Source of the DNA: Proteromonas lacertae
Taxonomy: Eukaryota
Length of the DNA: 20,000 bases
Assembly (NCBI GenBank): GCA_002245135.1
Contig: NGBS01001199.1
Location: 48,577 to 68,576, forward strand
Direction of reading: 5' to 3'
The position numbers and the translations under genes are program-made. This document shows, in pieces, positions 19,201-20,000 of the stretch (positions are counted from its first letter, which is position 1; each line of letters starts with the position of its first letter). Below the pieces are notes generated by a model. That model saw only the letters and a list, made by a program, of their open reading frames with translations. It ran no database searches and was not told where the DNA came from.

Positions 19201-20000
19201 TCATTTAATTCATTCAAAGCATTTTTGGCTTTTTCTAATTCTTCCATTATTTTTAGAGGATCATTTTCTATTAATAAAAACTCATTTGACATATTACACA
19301 AAGTGGAATCAATATCATTCAATCTTTCATTTATTTTCTTTTGATTTTTTTACTTTCATTTAATTCTTTCTTACAATTACATTATCTTCACCAATCTTCA
19401 ATTCTTCTAGTTTTATCTTTTCATCATTTATCATATCACCAATTTCATTTAACTCAGCTTCCATTTCATTCAACTTCTTATTTCTTTCTTCTACTTTCTC
19501 TTTATCAGTATTTTCATTCTCTTTTATATTCTCATATTGATCTTTACATTTGTTTAACTTATCATTGATTTCTTTGTATTTATTTTCTAGTTGTTCTAAG
19601 TTATTCTTTTCTTTTATTAATTCTTTCTCTAAATCTATATTATCTTCTAATTCTTTAGATTTATCTTTCAATTCTTTCACTTTTCCATCTAATTCATCTA
19701 AACCATTTTTGAGATTCTTCAAATTCTCAACTGAGATTTTACTCAAATCATTCTTTATTGTTTTCTTTATTTCATTTTCTTTTTCATCTAATCTCTTTCC
19801 TAAATCTTCTATTTCTACTTCATTAATACGAATCTCTTGATTACATTTGTTGGAAAACTCATTATCATTATGTGGATCATATTCAAATTTTTAATGATTT
19901 CTTCTCATCTTCATTTTCTTTCTTCAATTCTTTTAAATCTTCTTTTATTGTAGGTATTTCACTTAACATCTTATTGTAAAGATTAGATTTCATTAACTCT
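13241..20000 (-). CDS. Giant Glu/Lys/Asn-rich host coiled-coil protein with a C-terminal dynein-stalk-like microtubule-binding domain (5' end outside window; frame breaks)
   Basis: ORFs 13241..18415, 18408..19322 and 19360..19746 have the same composition and join through small frame breaks near 18415, 19345, 19380 and 19890. The C-terminal AEIRKYDQPPP..RILMGCFYLLG..SWNSLRTYI..FVNSMVKYD resembles the dynein MTBD. Confidence 0.85.

Noticed and set aside
13408..19840. Many + strand Phe/Ser/Leu/Ile-rich ORFs
   Set aside because: Antisense shadows of the AT-rich Glu/Lys/Asn coiled-coil gene.
18400..19900. Programmed frameshifting or separate genes at the host-gene frame breaks
   Set aside because: The breaks are single-base and mostly in or near homopolymers, and the composition is continuous. 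Long-read indel errors are the simplest explanation, and the same caveat applies to frameshifts elsewhere in the window.

Overview
Eukaryotic, very AT-rich host DNA (probably a flagellated protist; organism not identifiable from this window) carrying a nested cluster of mobile elements. The main discovery is a 7,257-bp element (5632-12888), visibly more GC-rich than the host. It is bounded by inverted repeats starting TATATAGTATATAAATGGG and by an exact 6-bp target-site duplication GAAGAA, which is the Polinton/virophage integration signature. It encodes no integrase, polymerase or capsid that I can recognise, only a fibre-like 824-aa repeat protein and a double Zn-ribbon protein. It also carries a 203-bp near-perfect terminal palindrome, several structured non-coding segments and a tRNA-like A/B-box. 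A second, decayed element of the same family with different cargo occupies 1-~3554. Between them lies a DD34E Tc1-type transposase pseudogene split by a 629-bp foldback MITE. The region 13241-20000 is a giant host coiled-coil gene ending in a dynein-stalk-like microtubule-binding domain. All alignments and folds were done by eye.
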